NCBI GenBank assembly: GCA_963733035.1
Contig: CAVTBU010000006.1
Span: forward strand, 288,001-352,000
Direction: 5' to 3'
DNA from: Pirellulales bacterium
GTDB lineage: Bacteria; Planctomycetota; Planctomycetia; Pirellulales; PALSA-1355
Length of the DNA: 64,000 bases
The position numbers were made by a program, and so were the translations under genes. Below are positions 52,087 through 62,998 of this stretch, in pieces. Under the pieces are notes generated by a model. That model was not told the DNA's origin. It saw only the letters and a list, made by a program, of their open reading frames with translations, and searched no databases. Numbering within the stretch: the first letter of the stretch is position 1; every line of letters starts with the position of its first letter.

Positions 52087-54692
52087 ATGACGACCATTGC
52101 CGAATCCTTGCAGAAGGCGTTCGAGCTACATCGCTCGGGGCGCCTCGACGAGGCCGAGCGGATGTACCGCCAGGTGCTCGCCACCGAACCCCAGAATCCG
52201 CACGCCATTCACCTGCTTGGCGTGGCCGCACACCAGCGCGGCGATCATGCGCAAGCAGCGCAGTACATCGAGCGAGCCATCGGACTCGATCCGAACCGTT
52301 TCACGTTCTATCTGGACCTGGCGACGGTGTATATTGCCTTGCGACGCATGGATCAGGCCGTGGTCGCCATGCGCACCGTGACGCAGTTGCAACCCAACTA
52401 CGCCAAGGCACACAACGATCTGGGCGTCCTGTTGGCAAACCTCTGCCGCTGGGACGAGGCGGCTACCTGTTTTCGCAATGTCCTGGCGATTCAGCCGGAT
52501 TACGGTCCGGCGCACAACAATCTGGGAAATGTGCGGAATCAGCAGGGTCGCGCGGAGGAGGCGGCCGAGTGTTTTCGGGCCGCAATCCGCCACAAGCCCG
52601 ACCTGGTGCAGGCTTACAGCAACCTTGGAAACACGCTCAAGACGCTCGGCCATGCCGACGCGGCAATCGACCAGTATCGGCGCGCGATCGAGATCTCTCC
52701 GGAGTATGTTGAGACCTACTTCAATTTGGCAATCACGCTCAAAGAGCAAGGACAGATCGACGAAGCGCTGGCCACCTATCGCGAGGCGCTTCGCATCCGC
52801 CCGAACTTTTTTGAGGCCCGCTTCAACCTCGGCAATTTGTTCAAAACCGAAGGGTTGCTTCCCGAAGCGCGCGAGGCATTTGAAATCGTAATTGGCCAGC
52901 GCCCCGATTTTGCCGAGGCCCATCATCAACTGGCGGGAGTGTTGCGGGCACAAGGGGAATCAACCCGGGCCGAGGCCGAGTTTCGCGAAGCGATTCGGCT
53001 CAAGCCGACTTTCGTCGAACCGCACGTGGCGCTGGCCAACCTGCTGCGAGATCAGGGGGCGATTGACGCGGCCATTGGCAGTTACCAGGAGGCCTTGCGG
53101 CAGCAACCCAATTCACTCGAGGCGCTCAATAATCTGGCCGTCGCGTTTCGCAACTGCGGAAGGCTCTCCGAAGCGGCCGCGAATTGCGAGCGCGTGCTTG
53201 CGCTCGATCCCGCGTGCGCCGAGGCACACTGCAACCTCGGGCTCGTGCTACAGGATCAGGGCCGTTCGGATGAGGCGCTGCCCTCGCTGCGCGAGGCCGT
53301 CCGCTTGCGACCCGATTTGGCCGCCGCGCACAATGCCCTGGGAGTGGCGCTCGAAAGCCAAGGTTTGCACGACGAAGCGCTGGTCAGCTTTCGCGAGTCG
53401 GTTCGCTTGGCCCCGCAGTTCGCGTCCGCATATAACAATCTGGGCAGCACGCTCAAGTCACTGGGTAAGGTGCGTGAGGCGATCGTGTGCTTTGAAGAGG
53501 CGCTCCGCTTAAACGCGCACCTGGCCGAAGCCCACAATGGACTCGGAACGGCCCTGTTCGAAAGTCAGCAGCAAGAAGAAGCCATTGCCGCATTTGAGCG
53601 GGCGCTGGAGCTTAAGCCCAACTATGCCGAGGCACATGGTAACATCGGGCGACTGTTGGGTGAACAGGGCAAGCACGCCGAAGCTCTGGAGCGCTTCAAT
53701 CAAGCTGCCGTCGCGGACCCCGATTCAGCTTCGGCACGTCACAATCGCGCGCTGATGTGGCTGCTGATGGGAAATTTTGCCGAAGGCTGGCCGGAGTACG
53801 AATGGCGATGGCATCAGGCAAACGTTCGCAAACGCCCGACTGGCGAAGAGTGGAACGGCGAGCCACTTGCCGGCCGAACGATCCTGCTTTACCCCGAGCA
53901 AGGTCTCGGCGATACGTTGCAGTTCATTCGCTATGCTCCGCTGGTGAAACAACGGGGCGGATCCGTGGTCGTCGGCTGCTCGCAGAACATGATTCCGTTG
54001 CTCTCCTCGTGCGGGGGCATCGACCGACTGTACAGCGAAGCCGATCGGCCGCCGACGTATGATGTCCACGCTCCGCTTTTGAGTTTGCCGAGAATCTTTG
54101 GCACAGACCTGGCAACCATTCCCGCCGACGTCCCCTACCTGTTTGCGCCGAGGAATTGGTGGAACGTTGGCGCGAGCGGTTCGCCGGTGAGCAAAGACTG
54201 AAAGTCGGTATCCAATGGCAGGGCAGCCCGACGTTCGCCTTCGACCGGCAGCGATCGATTCCGCTTGCGGAGTTCGCGCCTCTGGCCGGGATCGAGGGCG
54301 TGCGCCTAATGAGTTTGCAAAAGGGGTTCGGGAGCGAACAGCTGGCCGGTATCGAATGGCAGGTTGAGGACCTGGGGGCGACCCTCGATCTGGACGGCCG
54401 CGCGTTTTGCGAAACGGCCGCGGTCATGATGAACCTCGACCTGGTGATCACCTCGGACACCTCGATCGCACACCTGGCTGGTGCCTTGGGGGTGCCGGTT
54501 TGGGTAGCCTTGCAATTTGTCCCCGATTGGCGGTGGTTGCTGGAACGCGAGGATAGCCCCTGGTATCCTACGATGCGCCTGTTCCGCCAATCGCGGCCTG
54601 GCGACTGGAACGGCGTGTTTGCGCGGATCTGTACGGAGCTTTCGAAGTGGGCCGCGGGGCGGGCCAAACCGCACGACACGCATCGGGTGTAA
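52087..54692 (+). CDS. TPR + GT9-like (GT-B) glycosyltransferase (frameshift at ~54146)
   Basis: TPRs and EQGLGDTLQFIRY in ORF 52066-54201; VGIQWQGSP, LDLVITSDTSIAHLAGALG and DWRW...SPWYPT in ORF 54156-54692. Confidence 0.83.
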
Positions 54693-54732
54693 ACGCCTTT
54701 CCGTTCGGCAATCAGCATAAGGTTTCGCTGGC

Positions 54733-55200
54733 ATGGTCGAGTCCACGCAAGTTACAGGGCGCCGCAAGCTCCACTTCGACAGCTACGACGAGCTGCTCGC
54801 CGACGTTCACCAGTTGAACGGTCAGCCTACGCGCTACCTGGGCAATTGGTCGTTGGGGCAAGTGTGCGAGCATCTGGCCAAGGCGATCGAATACGCCGTC
54901 GACGGTGCACCATTCAAGGTATCCTGGTTCTTTCGAACCGTGGGGCCAATCCTGAAGAAACGCATCATCAGTCGGCCGATGAAACCGGGCTTTCGCCTGC
55001 CGAAAAGTGCCGCCGAATACTTGCCGCGAAATTCCGATGCCGCCGCCGGCATCGCGCGACTGGAGCAGGCGATCGAGCGCTATCGAAAAGCGGCCGCCGT
55101 CAAGCCACATGTCATCTTTGGTAACATGACACGCGAAGAGTACGATCAACTCAACTTCCGGCATGCGGAGATGCATTTGAGCTTCATCGTGCCCGAGTAG
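54733..55200 (+). CDS. DUF1569 / DinB-like protein
   Basis: GNWSLGQVCEHL, HVIFGNMT, RHAEMHLSF. Confidence 0.75.
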   Translation: MVESTQVTGRRKLHFDSYDELLADVHQLNGQPTRYLGNWSLGQVCEHLAKAIEYAVDGAPFKVSWFFRTVGPILKKRIISRPMKPGFRLPKSAAEYLPRNSDAAAGIARLEQAIERYRKAAAVKPHVIFGNMTREEYDQLNFRHAEMHLSFIVPE

Positions 55201-55554
55201 CATTCCTGCGTCATGTGCTAGCGACACCAGCCACGTGTGGGGTTTTGTCGCCTGCCGAGCGTTGCCGCCTCGCGCAAACCGCGGCGCGGAAAGTCGCTTT
55301 GCCTGCCAGAGCAGGCAAAATTCTCGCGGAAAACGGCTGCGTCGGAGATTTTACGCGGTTTTTACACGGCCCCGACTTGCCCGTGACATCGAAATTGGTG
55401 TTCGTCTCTAGAATCGGTCGAGTGAAAGCAGGAGCGGAGTTGGTTCTTAAGAGCCGCCCCTGTCAGGAGTGCGGCGGGCACAACGAGATTCGTTGACGCT
55501 GCGGATGAACATGCGTTTTCAGCAGACGAACACCAACAGGGGAGTGCAGGGCGA

Positions 55555-56553
55555 ATGGCTACCGACTTGAGAGGGAACGACGTGCGGGAAAACGTGCGGG
55601 AAAACGACGAGGCCGACTCCTTCTGGTATGAGGACGAGGGGAGTGTGGCCGTCGCGGGGCTTCCGGTCCGCTCGCGGAAGCAACAGGATGATTTAAAGAC
55701 GATCGCCGACGTGCCCAACCTCGGTTACGATTGGCCCATCGTGGCTTGGATTGTGATCGTGCACTTGGGAGCCTTGGCGGCTCCGTTCTTTTTCACCTGG
55801 AAGGCCGTTGCGCTGTGCGCGTTCATGTGCTGGCTGACGGGTTCAATCGGCGTGTGCATGGGCTATCACCGACAACTAACCCACGGCAGTTTCCTCACCT
55901 ACAAGCCGGTCCGCTGGCTGCTGGCGTTTTTGGGCGGACTGTCGGGCGAAGGTTCGGCCCTGACCTGGGTGGCTAATCATCGCAAGCACCATTTGTTTAG
56001 CGACAAGGAAGGCGATCCGCACAGTCCGCGCAACGGCAAGTGGTGGAGCCACATGCTGTGGTTCATGCCCGACTTCGGTCGCAAGCATCACCAGGCGATG
56101 CTGGCCCGCTATGCTCCGGATCTGGCCAAGGATCCGATGATGCACTTCTTGCACAAGATGTTCCTGCCGTCGCACGTCATTTTGGGTGCGATCTTTTTCG
56201 CCATCGGCTACTTTGGCTGGAACGCATACACGGGCTGGTCATTCGTGGTCTGGGGAATGTTCGTTCGCCTGGTCTATGTGCTGCACGTCACCTGGTTCGT
56301 CAATTCGGCGACGCATTTGTGGGGCTATCGCAACTACGAAACCAGCGACGATAGCAAAAATCTGTGGTGGGTCGGTATCCTGGCCTTCGGCGAAGGCTGG
56401 CACAACAACCATCACGCCTTCCAGCGGATGGCCAAGGCAGGGCACAAGTGGTGGGAGATCGACACCACCTACTGGGCCATTCTGGGCCTGGAGAAGCTCG
56501 GCTTGGCCTGGAACGTCGTCAAAGACCCGCCGAGCCACCGCCGCCCGGCGTAA
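55555..56553 (+). CDS. Delta-9-type membrane fatty acid desaturase
   Basis: His boxes GYHRQLTH, HRKHH and GEGWHNNHH; also NSATH. Confidence 0.92.
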   Translation: MATDLRGNDVRENVRENDEADSFWYEDEGSVAVAGLPVRSRKQQDDLKTIADVPNLGYDWPIVAWIVIVHLGALAAPFFFTWKAVALCAFMCWLTGSIGVCMGYHRQLTHGSFLTYKPVRWLLAFLGGLSGEGSALTWVANHRKHHLFSDKEGDPHSPRNGKWWSHMLWFMPDFGRKHHQAMLARYAPDLAKDPMMHFLHKMFLPSHVILGAIFFAIGYFGWNAYTGWSFVVWGMFVRLVYVLHVTWFVNSATHLWGYRNYETSDDSKNLWWVGILAFGEGWHNNHHAFQRMAKAGHKWWEIDTTYWAILGLEKLGLAWNVVKDPPSHRRPA

Positions 56554-56715
56554 CCTGGTCCGATTTGCATCGAATCGCCGCTCCGCCCGCGGGTGGCACC
56601 TCGTTGTCGGTGTTGCAAAGCACCGGAGGCATCGTCAGCGATCCCATCTCAACTGGGCCCAATACGGCAATCCTTTACCCGCCGGCCAGAACTTGGCAAA
56701 CGTCGACCGCCGCAG

Positions 56716-56969
56716 TTACTCGGGCGCGAAGATCTTGCCATTTCGATATTGAGATTTTGCGTCGTGGGCGTCTACCCCGCGTGACAAAGGGTGATCGGCA
56801 TTTTCATGAACAACGAAGGTGGCCGGATCAGCGCCCTCAACGACAGCTAGCTTGTCATAGTAGTGACGACTGTACACGTGGCTGCGATCTTTTCCGTAGT
56901 AGTCGCTAAGCACCTCGAAACTAGCCACATCAATTCCTGAAACGGCTTTTCGGCCGTAATAGAAGGCAG
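56716..56969 (-). pseudogene. C-terminal fragment of a DKNYY-repeat protein, truncated by the IS3 remnant
   Basis: FYYGRKAVSGIDVASFEVLSDYYGKDRSHVY...EGADPATF resembles DKNYY repeats; no own start codon. Confidence 0.6.
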
Positions 56970-57287
56970 CCGGCGGTTCTCGTCTTCCAGCTCCTTGGGC
57001 CGCTTCAGCCGCGCGTTCTCCTTCTGCAACTCCTGCAGCTGACGCGCCATCTGTGGGTCCATCCCGCCGTACTTCGTTCGCCAACGATAGTACGTCTGCT
57101 CGCTGATCCCCAGCTGCTTGCAGACCTCGGGAACCTTCTCACCCTTCCCCAAGGCCACATCCGCTTGACGCAGCAGCCCTACGATCTGTTCGGCACTATG
57201 TCGCTTCTTCATGGTGAATCCTTTCCGGCCATATCAGCCGGCTGGATTCTCTCATATTCCCTGGATCAGTTTTCGGGAAGGGGGTCA
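56967..57287 (-). mobile_element. IS3-family remnant: left end plus orfA; orfB and right end absent
   Basis: Left end TGACCCCCTTCCCGAAAACTGATCCA; OrfA MKKRHSAEQIVGLLRQAD...CKQLGISEQTYYRWRTKYGG...LQKENARLKR starting at 57212. Confidence 0.85.
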
Positions 57288-57441
57288 ATGCCCCCGCGGA
57301 CATCACCTAAAGTCGCGGACTCGACCTTCTCTGTCAAATTTTTGACTTGCGAAACGGCAGGCACCTGTTCTTTGACAATTCGACGACCGCGGCTCTGTCG
57401 TGTGGCCGTCCTATTTCGACAACGACCTGTGGTAACAGAAT

Positions 57442-57900
57442 TCAGTTTTCGGTCACGGACTTATGCTCTAGAGATCGCCGCCTCTTCGAAGGTGGATATG
57501 GACCACTGCCGCGCCATAGCCCACTGACTCTGTATCCAGTCTCCGCCGTACCCGCCATCGTAAATCGATAGTAGAATTGTTCCGAATTGTTTTCGCCAAC
57601 TAGAAAGATATTCATCGCCCGTTGGCCGGGAATCGGCTCGAACTCGGTCGCGACGACTGCGTCCGGATAGCCCGTCGGATGCATCTTGCCTACTATCTCC
57701 TTCAACTTCATTTCTGAACCAAAGCTTTGCCCCACCAACTTCAAGAGTGCATTCTGAAAGTCATGTTTCACAAACGCCAAGAAAGCAAACTTTTCGGCCT
57801 CTTTGCCAGCCGCATCTGGTGAATGCTTAAATGCCCGCACACCGAGCGAGCATGACTGGGATACAACAACGAGCACCAACAGCAAAAACCTTAATTTCAT
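57442..57900 (-). CDS. Hypothetical exported protein/lipoprotein in the IS-scarred islet
   Basis: MKLRFLLLVLVVVSQSC signal; visibly more AT-rich than flanking genes. Confidence 0.55.
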   Translation of the reverse strand: MKLRFLLLVLVVVSQSCSLGVRAFKHSPDAAGKEAEKFAFLAFVKHDFQNALLKLVGQSFGSEMKLKEIVGKMHPTGYPDAVVATEFEPIPGQRAMNIFLVGENNSEQFYYRFTMAGTAETGYRVSGLWRGSGPYPPSKRRRSLEHKSVTEN

Positions 57901-58055
57901 ATCTGCACCCCAAAAAAGCAAGCTGCGCCTGACCGTTTGCGGCGCAGCCGGCAAAAAGTGAACGCGAGAGAGACCGAAGCTACGTTTCGAAGTGATCCCA
58001 AGGGGCGTCTTCGTACACTTTGCCGTGTCCAGCTCGAACATCCAATTAATATAGC

Positions 58056-58370
58056 GGCGCCGTCAACTCTCAATTGCAACAAGCGGCTGGAAAACTTCGG
58101 CGGGCGTTGGTAGGCGAGCCGTTTCCGCGGCCGGTCGTTGATCAAGTGAGTATAACGTTCCAACTCCTGCCAGGAGACATCTTGTAGGTCGGTGCCTTTG
58201 GGGACGAACTGCCGCAACAGGCCATTGGTATGTTCGTTGGTACCCCGTTGCCAGGAACAATAAGGCTTTGCAAAGTACACTTTCAGCCTCGGCCGCACAG
58301 CCAACCGGCGATGTTCCGCGAACTCTTTGCCGTTGTCGAAATTAGCCGTGCGACGCAACGACGCAGGCAA
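58056..58370 (-). mobile_element. IS30-family remnant: transposase C-terminus plus right inverted repeat
   Basis: FDNGKEFAEH, YFAKPYCSWQRGTNEHTNGLLRQFVPKGTD, INDRPRKRL; end sequence TGTTGCAATTGAGAGTTGACGGCGCC (58081-58056) resembles IS30 ends; frameshift near the C-terminus. Confidence 0.85.
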
Positions 58371-59161
58371 CGAGTAATTAAAGGGGACGTGAACCTTTTT
58401 ATATCCGTCGGGTCACGATACGAATCGCTAGGCCGGTCTGGATCCGTTGGGCCGGGTGATCGGCTGCTGTGGCAGAACTGCAGCGGCACGGCCGCCAGGC
58501 GTCTTCAGGACGGGTACCCGACTTGCACTCTAACGCATTCGCTCCCTGGACGGTGGCTTTGATCGTTTCGACGGCCGTAACTTTTCTCGCCGGTGCGTCG
58601 CATCTCTCTCGCATTTTTCCTGCCGTGCGTCGCGATGTAAGCCTCTTTGCGACTTTGCCTCTTTCAATCGGGCCAGCGGTTGGGCTAGCCTACGGTTGGC
58701 AAATTCTGCACAGGGGCCGCGCGGGAGGCGTCATGGTTCATACCGGGCAAATTACGAAAGCTGCGTCATATGACATGTGTCATTTTTCAGGTTACAAAAG
58801 GCGAAAGGAAAAGTGCGCACAACTTTCAGCCCGAAAAAAGGCCACTCGAAAACTTTGCGAATTCCGAACCGGGCCAACGGGCCGCCGAGCGGGCCCGTCG
58901 GCGATCGACTTGGCGGGTGGTCGAGACGCCGAAAAATGTCGCGCCCCACGCGTTTGCCATACAGCGTTCGCGGTGTGCTTGAATTCGAGCCAGCACTCGC
59001 CGCATACTTGCCGAGTGGCACGGCCACTTCCCGTTTGCTCCTCCGCGGCCGCGAACCGAAGCTCCCCCCACCTCGGCAGAGCTCACGCGGAGGGCTGGGC
59101 ACGTGCCGCACAATCGCCCCTCACCCGCGAGAATGCGAGAAATTCCGGCTCCTTTTTGCGC

Positions 59162-59189
59162 TTGCAAGAGCCCCTGGCATTGGTAAGAT
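59162..59189 (+). promoter_or_regulatory. Putative sigma70 promoter for rpsO
   Basis: TTGCAA, 16-nt spacer, TAAGAT with extended -10 TGn. Confidence 0.45.
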
Positions 59190-59321
59190 GACTCTCTTAA
59201 GTTTGTTTTGGTAAACCCGTTCAGAAGTAGGACAAGTTCAAGCCAGCTGGCAGTTTCGGTGCTTAGTTAGTCCACGGGAAGCACTTGGGAACGAGCCAAC
59301 GTAGAGAAGTCGCGGTTGCAG

Positions 59322-59591
59322 ATGTCCCTCACGAAAGAGCGTAAACAGGTTTTGATGGGCGATTACAAGCGTTCCGATGGCGACACCGGGTCGCCGGAGG
59401 TGCAGATCGCCATTCTAACGACCCGGGTTGGCGATCTGACGGAACACCTGCGAACGCACAAAAAGGATTACGCCAGTCGGCGGGGCCTGTTGATGATGGT
59501 GAGTCGCCGGCGTCGATTGTTGGATTACCTCAAGAAGGTCGATCCGCAACGATACCTGGATGTCATTCGTCGCCTCGAGATTCGCAAATAG
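59322..59591 (+). CDS. rpsO: 30S ribosomal protein S15
   Basis: [33 protein letters not shown]. Confidence 0.97.
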   Translation: MSLTKERKQVLMGDYKRSDGDTGSPEVQIAILTTRVGDLTEHLRTHKKDYASRRGLLMMVSRRRRLLDYLKKVDPQRYLDVIRRLEIRK

Positions 59592-59929
59592 CGCGATTCG
59601 CAGGCAATCACGGCGCGTGCGGGGGGAATTTCCATACGCCCCTCGCTTGGTAGCCAGTTGCGGTTTCAGGCCCGCACCCTCGGACGTAACCCGCGCGCAC
59701 GAAAACTTCCCTTGCCCGGGCCACCTTGGCTGATCCGGCGGCGGGCAATTTCGAAGTTCACGCGGCGCACCGAGATTCATCTTCTCGCGTCGAGCTCCGT
59801 TGGTCCCGCAAGCTCATCTCGTCGTTCCAACAAACCGTTTCTTGCCCCCGATCGCTTCGCAGCATCCGCCCGGACGCCGCAATTGCGCCAGCCTGTTGCT
59901 TGAACGCAAAGAAGGTAAGGGACGAACAA

Positions 59930-62044
59930 GTGAAAGTTAGAGTAGAACGACAAATTGGCGGCGGCGTATTTTCAATCGAGACCGGCCAACTGGCCAAGCA
60001 AGCGGCCGGCAGCGTGCTGGTGCAGTATGGCGAAACGGTCGTGCTGTGCGCTGCGGCCGACGGCCCCCCGCGATCTGCCTTCGCGGACTTCTTCCCACTA
60101 ACGTGCGACTACCGCGAACGAACCGCCGCGGCCGGCAAGTTTCCCGGTGGCTTCCTGAAGCGTGAAGGACGCCCCACGATGAAGGAAACGCTAACCGCCC
60201 GGCTCATGGATCGGCCGATTCGGCCGATGTTCCCCGCGTGGTACCACGACGAGGTGCAGATTCAAGCCTTTGTGATGGCCAGCGATCGGCAGAATGATGG
60301 CGACGTGTTGGCGATGAACGCCGCGAGTGCCGCCCTGACTGTCTCGCCGTTGCCGTTTGACGGCCCGCTGGGCTCGGTCCGCCTCGGCCAGATCGATGGC
60401 AAGTTCGTACCGTTCCCCACGGTCGACCAGTTGGAGGAGAGTGACCTCGACATCATCGTTTCGGGCACCAAAGACGCGATCTTGATGATCGAAGGGTTTG
60501 CCCGCGAGATGCCCGAGGAGCGGATGCTCGAGGCGTTGGAAGAATCGCATAAATACGTCCGCGAGATTTGTGAGCTGCAACTGGAGTTGGCCGCGAAAGT
60601 CAACGTTGAGAAGCGACAGTACGAGGTCCCGCCTGACTCGGGTCTATTGGCCAAGCTCAACGCCAGCTATTACGACGCCTTCCGAACCGCGAAGCAAACC
60701 TCGGGTAAGCAAGCCCGGGCCGAGGCGGTTGAGGCCCTGAAGTCGCGGGCCACGGAAGAAATGATTCCCGATCCGGCGGCTGAAGACGCGATCGCGTCGC
60801 ATGATTTCTCGAAGGCGTGGCACGATTTGGAGGAGAAAGTCGTCCGCGATCTGATCCTGTCTGGCACCCGGCCCGACGGACGCGATACGAAGACCTTGCG
60901 GCCGATCGAGTGCTACGTGGACGTCTTGCCTCGCGTTCACGGCTCGGCCGTGTTCCAGCGCGGCGAGACACAAGCTTTGATCACGATTACGCTGGGTACC
61001 GGCCGTGACGAGCAACGCGTGGACGGATTGATCGACGAATACTCCAAGAAGTTCATGCTCGACTACAACTTCCCGTCGTTTTCGGTGGGCGAAGTGCGGC
61101 CGATTCGCGGGCCGGGCCGACGTGAGATTGGTCACGGGGCGCTGGCCGAGCGAAGCGTCAAGCCGATCCTGCCCGATCCGGAGGATTTTCCCTACACGAT
61201 CCGCGTCATCTCGGACATTCTGGAATCGAACGGCTCCAGTTCGATGGCCTCGGTATGCGGGGCGACGCTTGGACTGATGGCCGCCGGAGTGCCGATTACC
61301 AATCCGGTGGCAGGCATTTCCGTCGGTCTAGTGAAGGAAGAAGGCAAATGGACGCTCCTCACGGACATTCTCGGCGACGAAGACCACTTCGGCGACATGG
61401 ACTTCAAAATCTCTGGCACTCAGAACGGCATCACCGGCATTCAGCTTGACCTGAAGATCAAGGGGATCGACGCCGAGATCATCAAGGCCACGCTGGCCCA
61501 AAGCCGCGATGCCCGCATCGAGATCCTCCGCAAGATGCTCACCGCCATTCCGCGGCCGAAGGCCGAGATCTCGCCATTTGCTCCGCGGTTGCTGCGGACG
61601 CACATTCCGCCGGACAAGATCGGTGCCCTCATCGGCCCGGGCGGCAAGAATATCCGCGGAATTCAAGAATCGACCGGTGCGGTCATCGAAGTGGAAGACG
61701 ATGGAACGGTGACGATCGCCAGCTCCAACGCCGAGGGCGCGCAAATGGCCTTGGGTAAAGTCGAGGCCCTGACCGCCACCGTGCAAGTCGGTCGCATCTA
61801 CTACGGCCGTGTGACGAGCATCAAGGACTTCGGCGCGTTCGTCGAAATCATTCCCGGCAAAGATGGTCTATGCCACATCAGCGAGTTGGCGGATGGCTAT
61901 GTCAACAGCGTGGCCGACGTCTGCAGCGTTGGTGACGAAATGACGGTCAAGGTAATCGCCGTTGATGAACAAGATCGGGTCAAGCTCAGCCGCAAGCAAG
62001 CCATGCGTGAGCTCGAAGGCGAGCCGGAAGGCAGCGAGGCCTAA
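59930..62044 (+). CDS. pnp: Polyribonucleotide nucleotidyltransferase
   Basis: [58 protein letters not shown] and S1 domains; GTG start. Confidence 0.97.
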   Translation: MKVRVERQIGGGVFSIETGQLAKQAAGSVLVQYGETVVLCAAADGPPRSAFADFFPLTCDYRERTAAAGKFPGGFLKREGRPTMKETLTARLMDRPIRPMFPAWYHDEVQIQAFVMASDRQNDGDVLAMNAASAALTVSPLPFDGPLGSVRLGQIDGKFVPFPTVDQLEESDLDIIVSGTKDAILMIEGFAREMPEERMLEALEESHKYVREICELQLELAAKVNVEKRQYEVPPDSGLLAKLNASYYDAFRTAKQTSGKQARAEAVEALKSRATEEMIPDPAAEDAIASHDFSKAWHDLEEKVVRDLILSGTRPDGRDTKTLRPIECYVDVLPRVHGSAVFQRGETQALITITLGTGRDEQRVDGLIDEYSKKFMLDYNFPSFSVGEVRPIRGPGRREIGHGALAERSVKPILPDPEDFPYTIRVISDILESNGSSSMASVCGATLGLMAAGVPITNPVAGISVGLVKEEGKWTLLTDILGDEDHFGDMDFKISGTQNGITGIQLDLKIKGIDAEIIKATLAQSRDARIEILRKMLTAIPRPKAEISPFAPRLLRTHIPPDKIGALIGPGGKNIRGIQESTGAVIEVEDDGTVTIASSNAEGAQMALGKVEALTATVQVGRIYYGRVTSIKDFGAFVEIIPGKDGLCHISELADGYVNSVADVCSVGDEMTVKVIAVDEQDRVKLSRKQAMRELEGEPEGSEA

Positions 62045-62075
62045 TCCGCAGCCTTTGTCTCCGTCGACACTCCTT

Positions 62076-62113
62076 CGCCCCTGGGTTGTCCGCAGCCCGG
62101 GGGCGTTTTGTTT
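62076..62113 (+). terminator. Intrinsic terminator after pnp
   Basis: 13-bp stem CGCCCCTGGGTTG / CAGCCCGGGGGCG (with G-U pairs), TCCG loop, TTTTGTTT tail. Confidence 0.8.
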
Positions 62114-62201
62114 CCTTTCGTCTTTGGGTTGATAAAATGTTCCCCCCGGGGCAACTGGTCGCCGCAGCGGGCCGCCAACTTTGGCTTTTGGCTTGAATCA
62201 C

Positions 62202-62942
62202 ATGACACCTTCGCATCCCCCGACGGCCGAGGAAGTTAACAAGAAATTGATGGCGCAGTACACCGAGATCGCTGCGCTCGCCGGGGGGCTGGCACACGAA
62301 ATCAAGAACCCGCTGTCGACAATCGGCCTCAACATGGAACTGCTGGCCGAGGATTTTGCCGAGCCGCAAACGCCTCGCGACCGACGGGCGGCTGCCAAGA
62401 TTGCGGTCGTGCAGCAGGAGTGTCTGCGGCTGCAGGGCCTGCTCGACAATTTCCTCAACTTCGCCAAGGTGCGCACCGTGCGGTTCGAGGCCTCGGACCT
62501 CAATGAGGAAGTCCGTCGGGTCCTCGACTTTTTTGCCCCCAAGGCAGCCGAGGCAAAGATCGAAGTGATCAGCTATTTCGACCCGGAACTTCCCAGCGTG
62601 GTGCTCGACCGCGAGTCGTTTCATGGCGCGCTAATCAACCTGGTGCTCAATGCCCAACAGGCCATGCCGGAAGGAGGACAGTTGGTCGTGCGCACCAAGA
62701 TCATCTCGAGCGGCGTGGTTCTGGAACTGATCGATACGGGCGTCGGCATGGATGACAAGACGGCCGCTCAAATCTTTGATGCCTTCTTCTCAACTAAGCC
62801 TGGCGGCTCGGGGTTGGGATTGCCGACCGTCCGCAAGATCGTGGAAGCCCATGGCGGCAGGATCAGCGTTGAAAGCGAAGTTGGCCGCGGCACGAAGTTC
62901 GCCATTGAACTCCCGATACCAGCTCGGTTGACGGCGAATTGA
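62202..62942 (+). CDS. Histidine kinase (HisKA + HATPase) without an input domain
   Basis: [10 protein letters not shown]-box, [27 protein letters not shown]; only ~20 residues precede the DHp helix. Confidence 0.9.
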   Translation: MTPSHPPTAEEVNKKLMAQYTEIAALAGGLAHEIKNPLSTIGLNMELLAEDFAEPQTPRDRRAAAKIAVVQQECLRLQGLLDNFLNFAKVRTVRFEASDLNEEVRRVLDFFAPKAAEAKIEVISYFDPELPSVVLDRESFHGALINLVLNAQQAMPEGGQLVVRTKIISSGVVLELIDTGVGMDDKTAAQIFDAFFSTKPGGSGLGLPTVRKIVEAHGGRISVESEVGRGTKFAIELPIPARLTAN

Positions 62943-62998
62943 CGAGCTGCCAATGGCCCTGCTGGTACGCCCAACGGCCATTTTGTATCATCGGCCGG

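Noticed and set aside
44012..53760. Recurring AACAACCTGGG-like ~102-bp periodicity
   Set aside because: Explained by 34-aa TPR coding repeats; no CRISPR array, tRNA or rRNA was recognised anywhere in the window.
55579..55606. 12-bp tandem repeat ACGTGCGGGAAA x2 near the desaturase start
   Set aside because: Only two in-frame copies in a low-complexity N-terminus; not a CRISPR or contingency locus.
58812..58839. AGTGCGCACAA resembling the XerC arm of dif
   Set aside because: No XerD arm (TTATGTTAAAT-like) after the 6-nt spacer.
58469..59191. 240-aa and overlapping ORFs upstream of rpsO
   Set aside because: No recognisable motifs, atypical composition and no RBS; treated as non-coding.
59592..59929. 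Long rpsO-pnp spacer and upstream in-frame extension of pnp from 59726
   Set aside because: The extension is not PNPase-like and GTG 59930 has a plausible RBS; a structured pnp leader is expected, but I could not define a convincing fold by eye.
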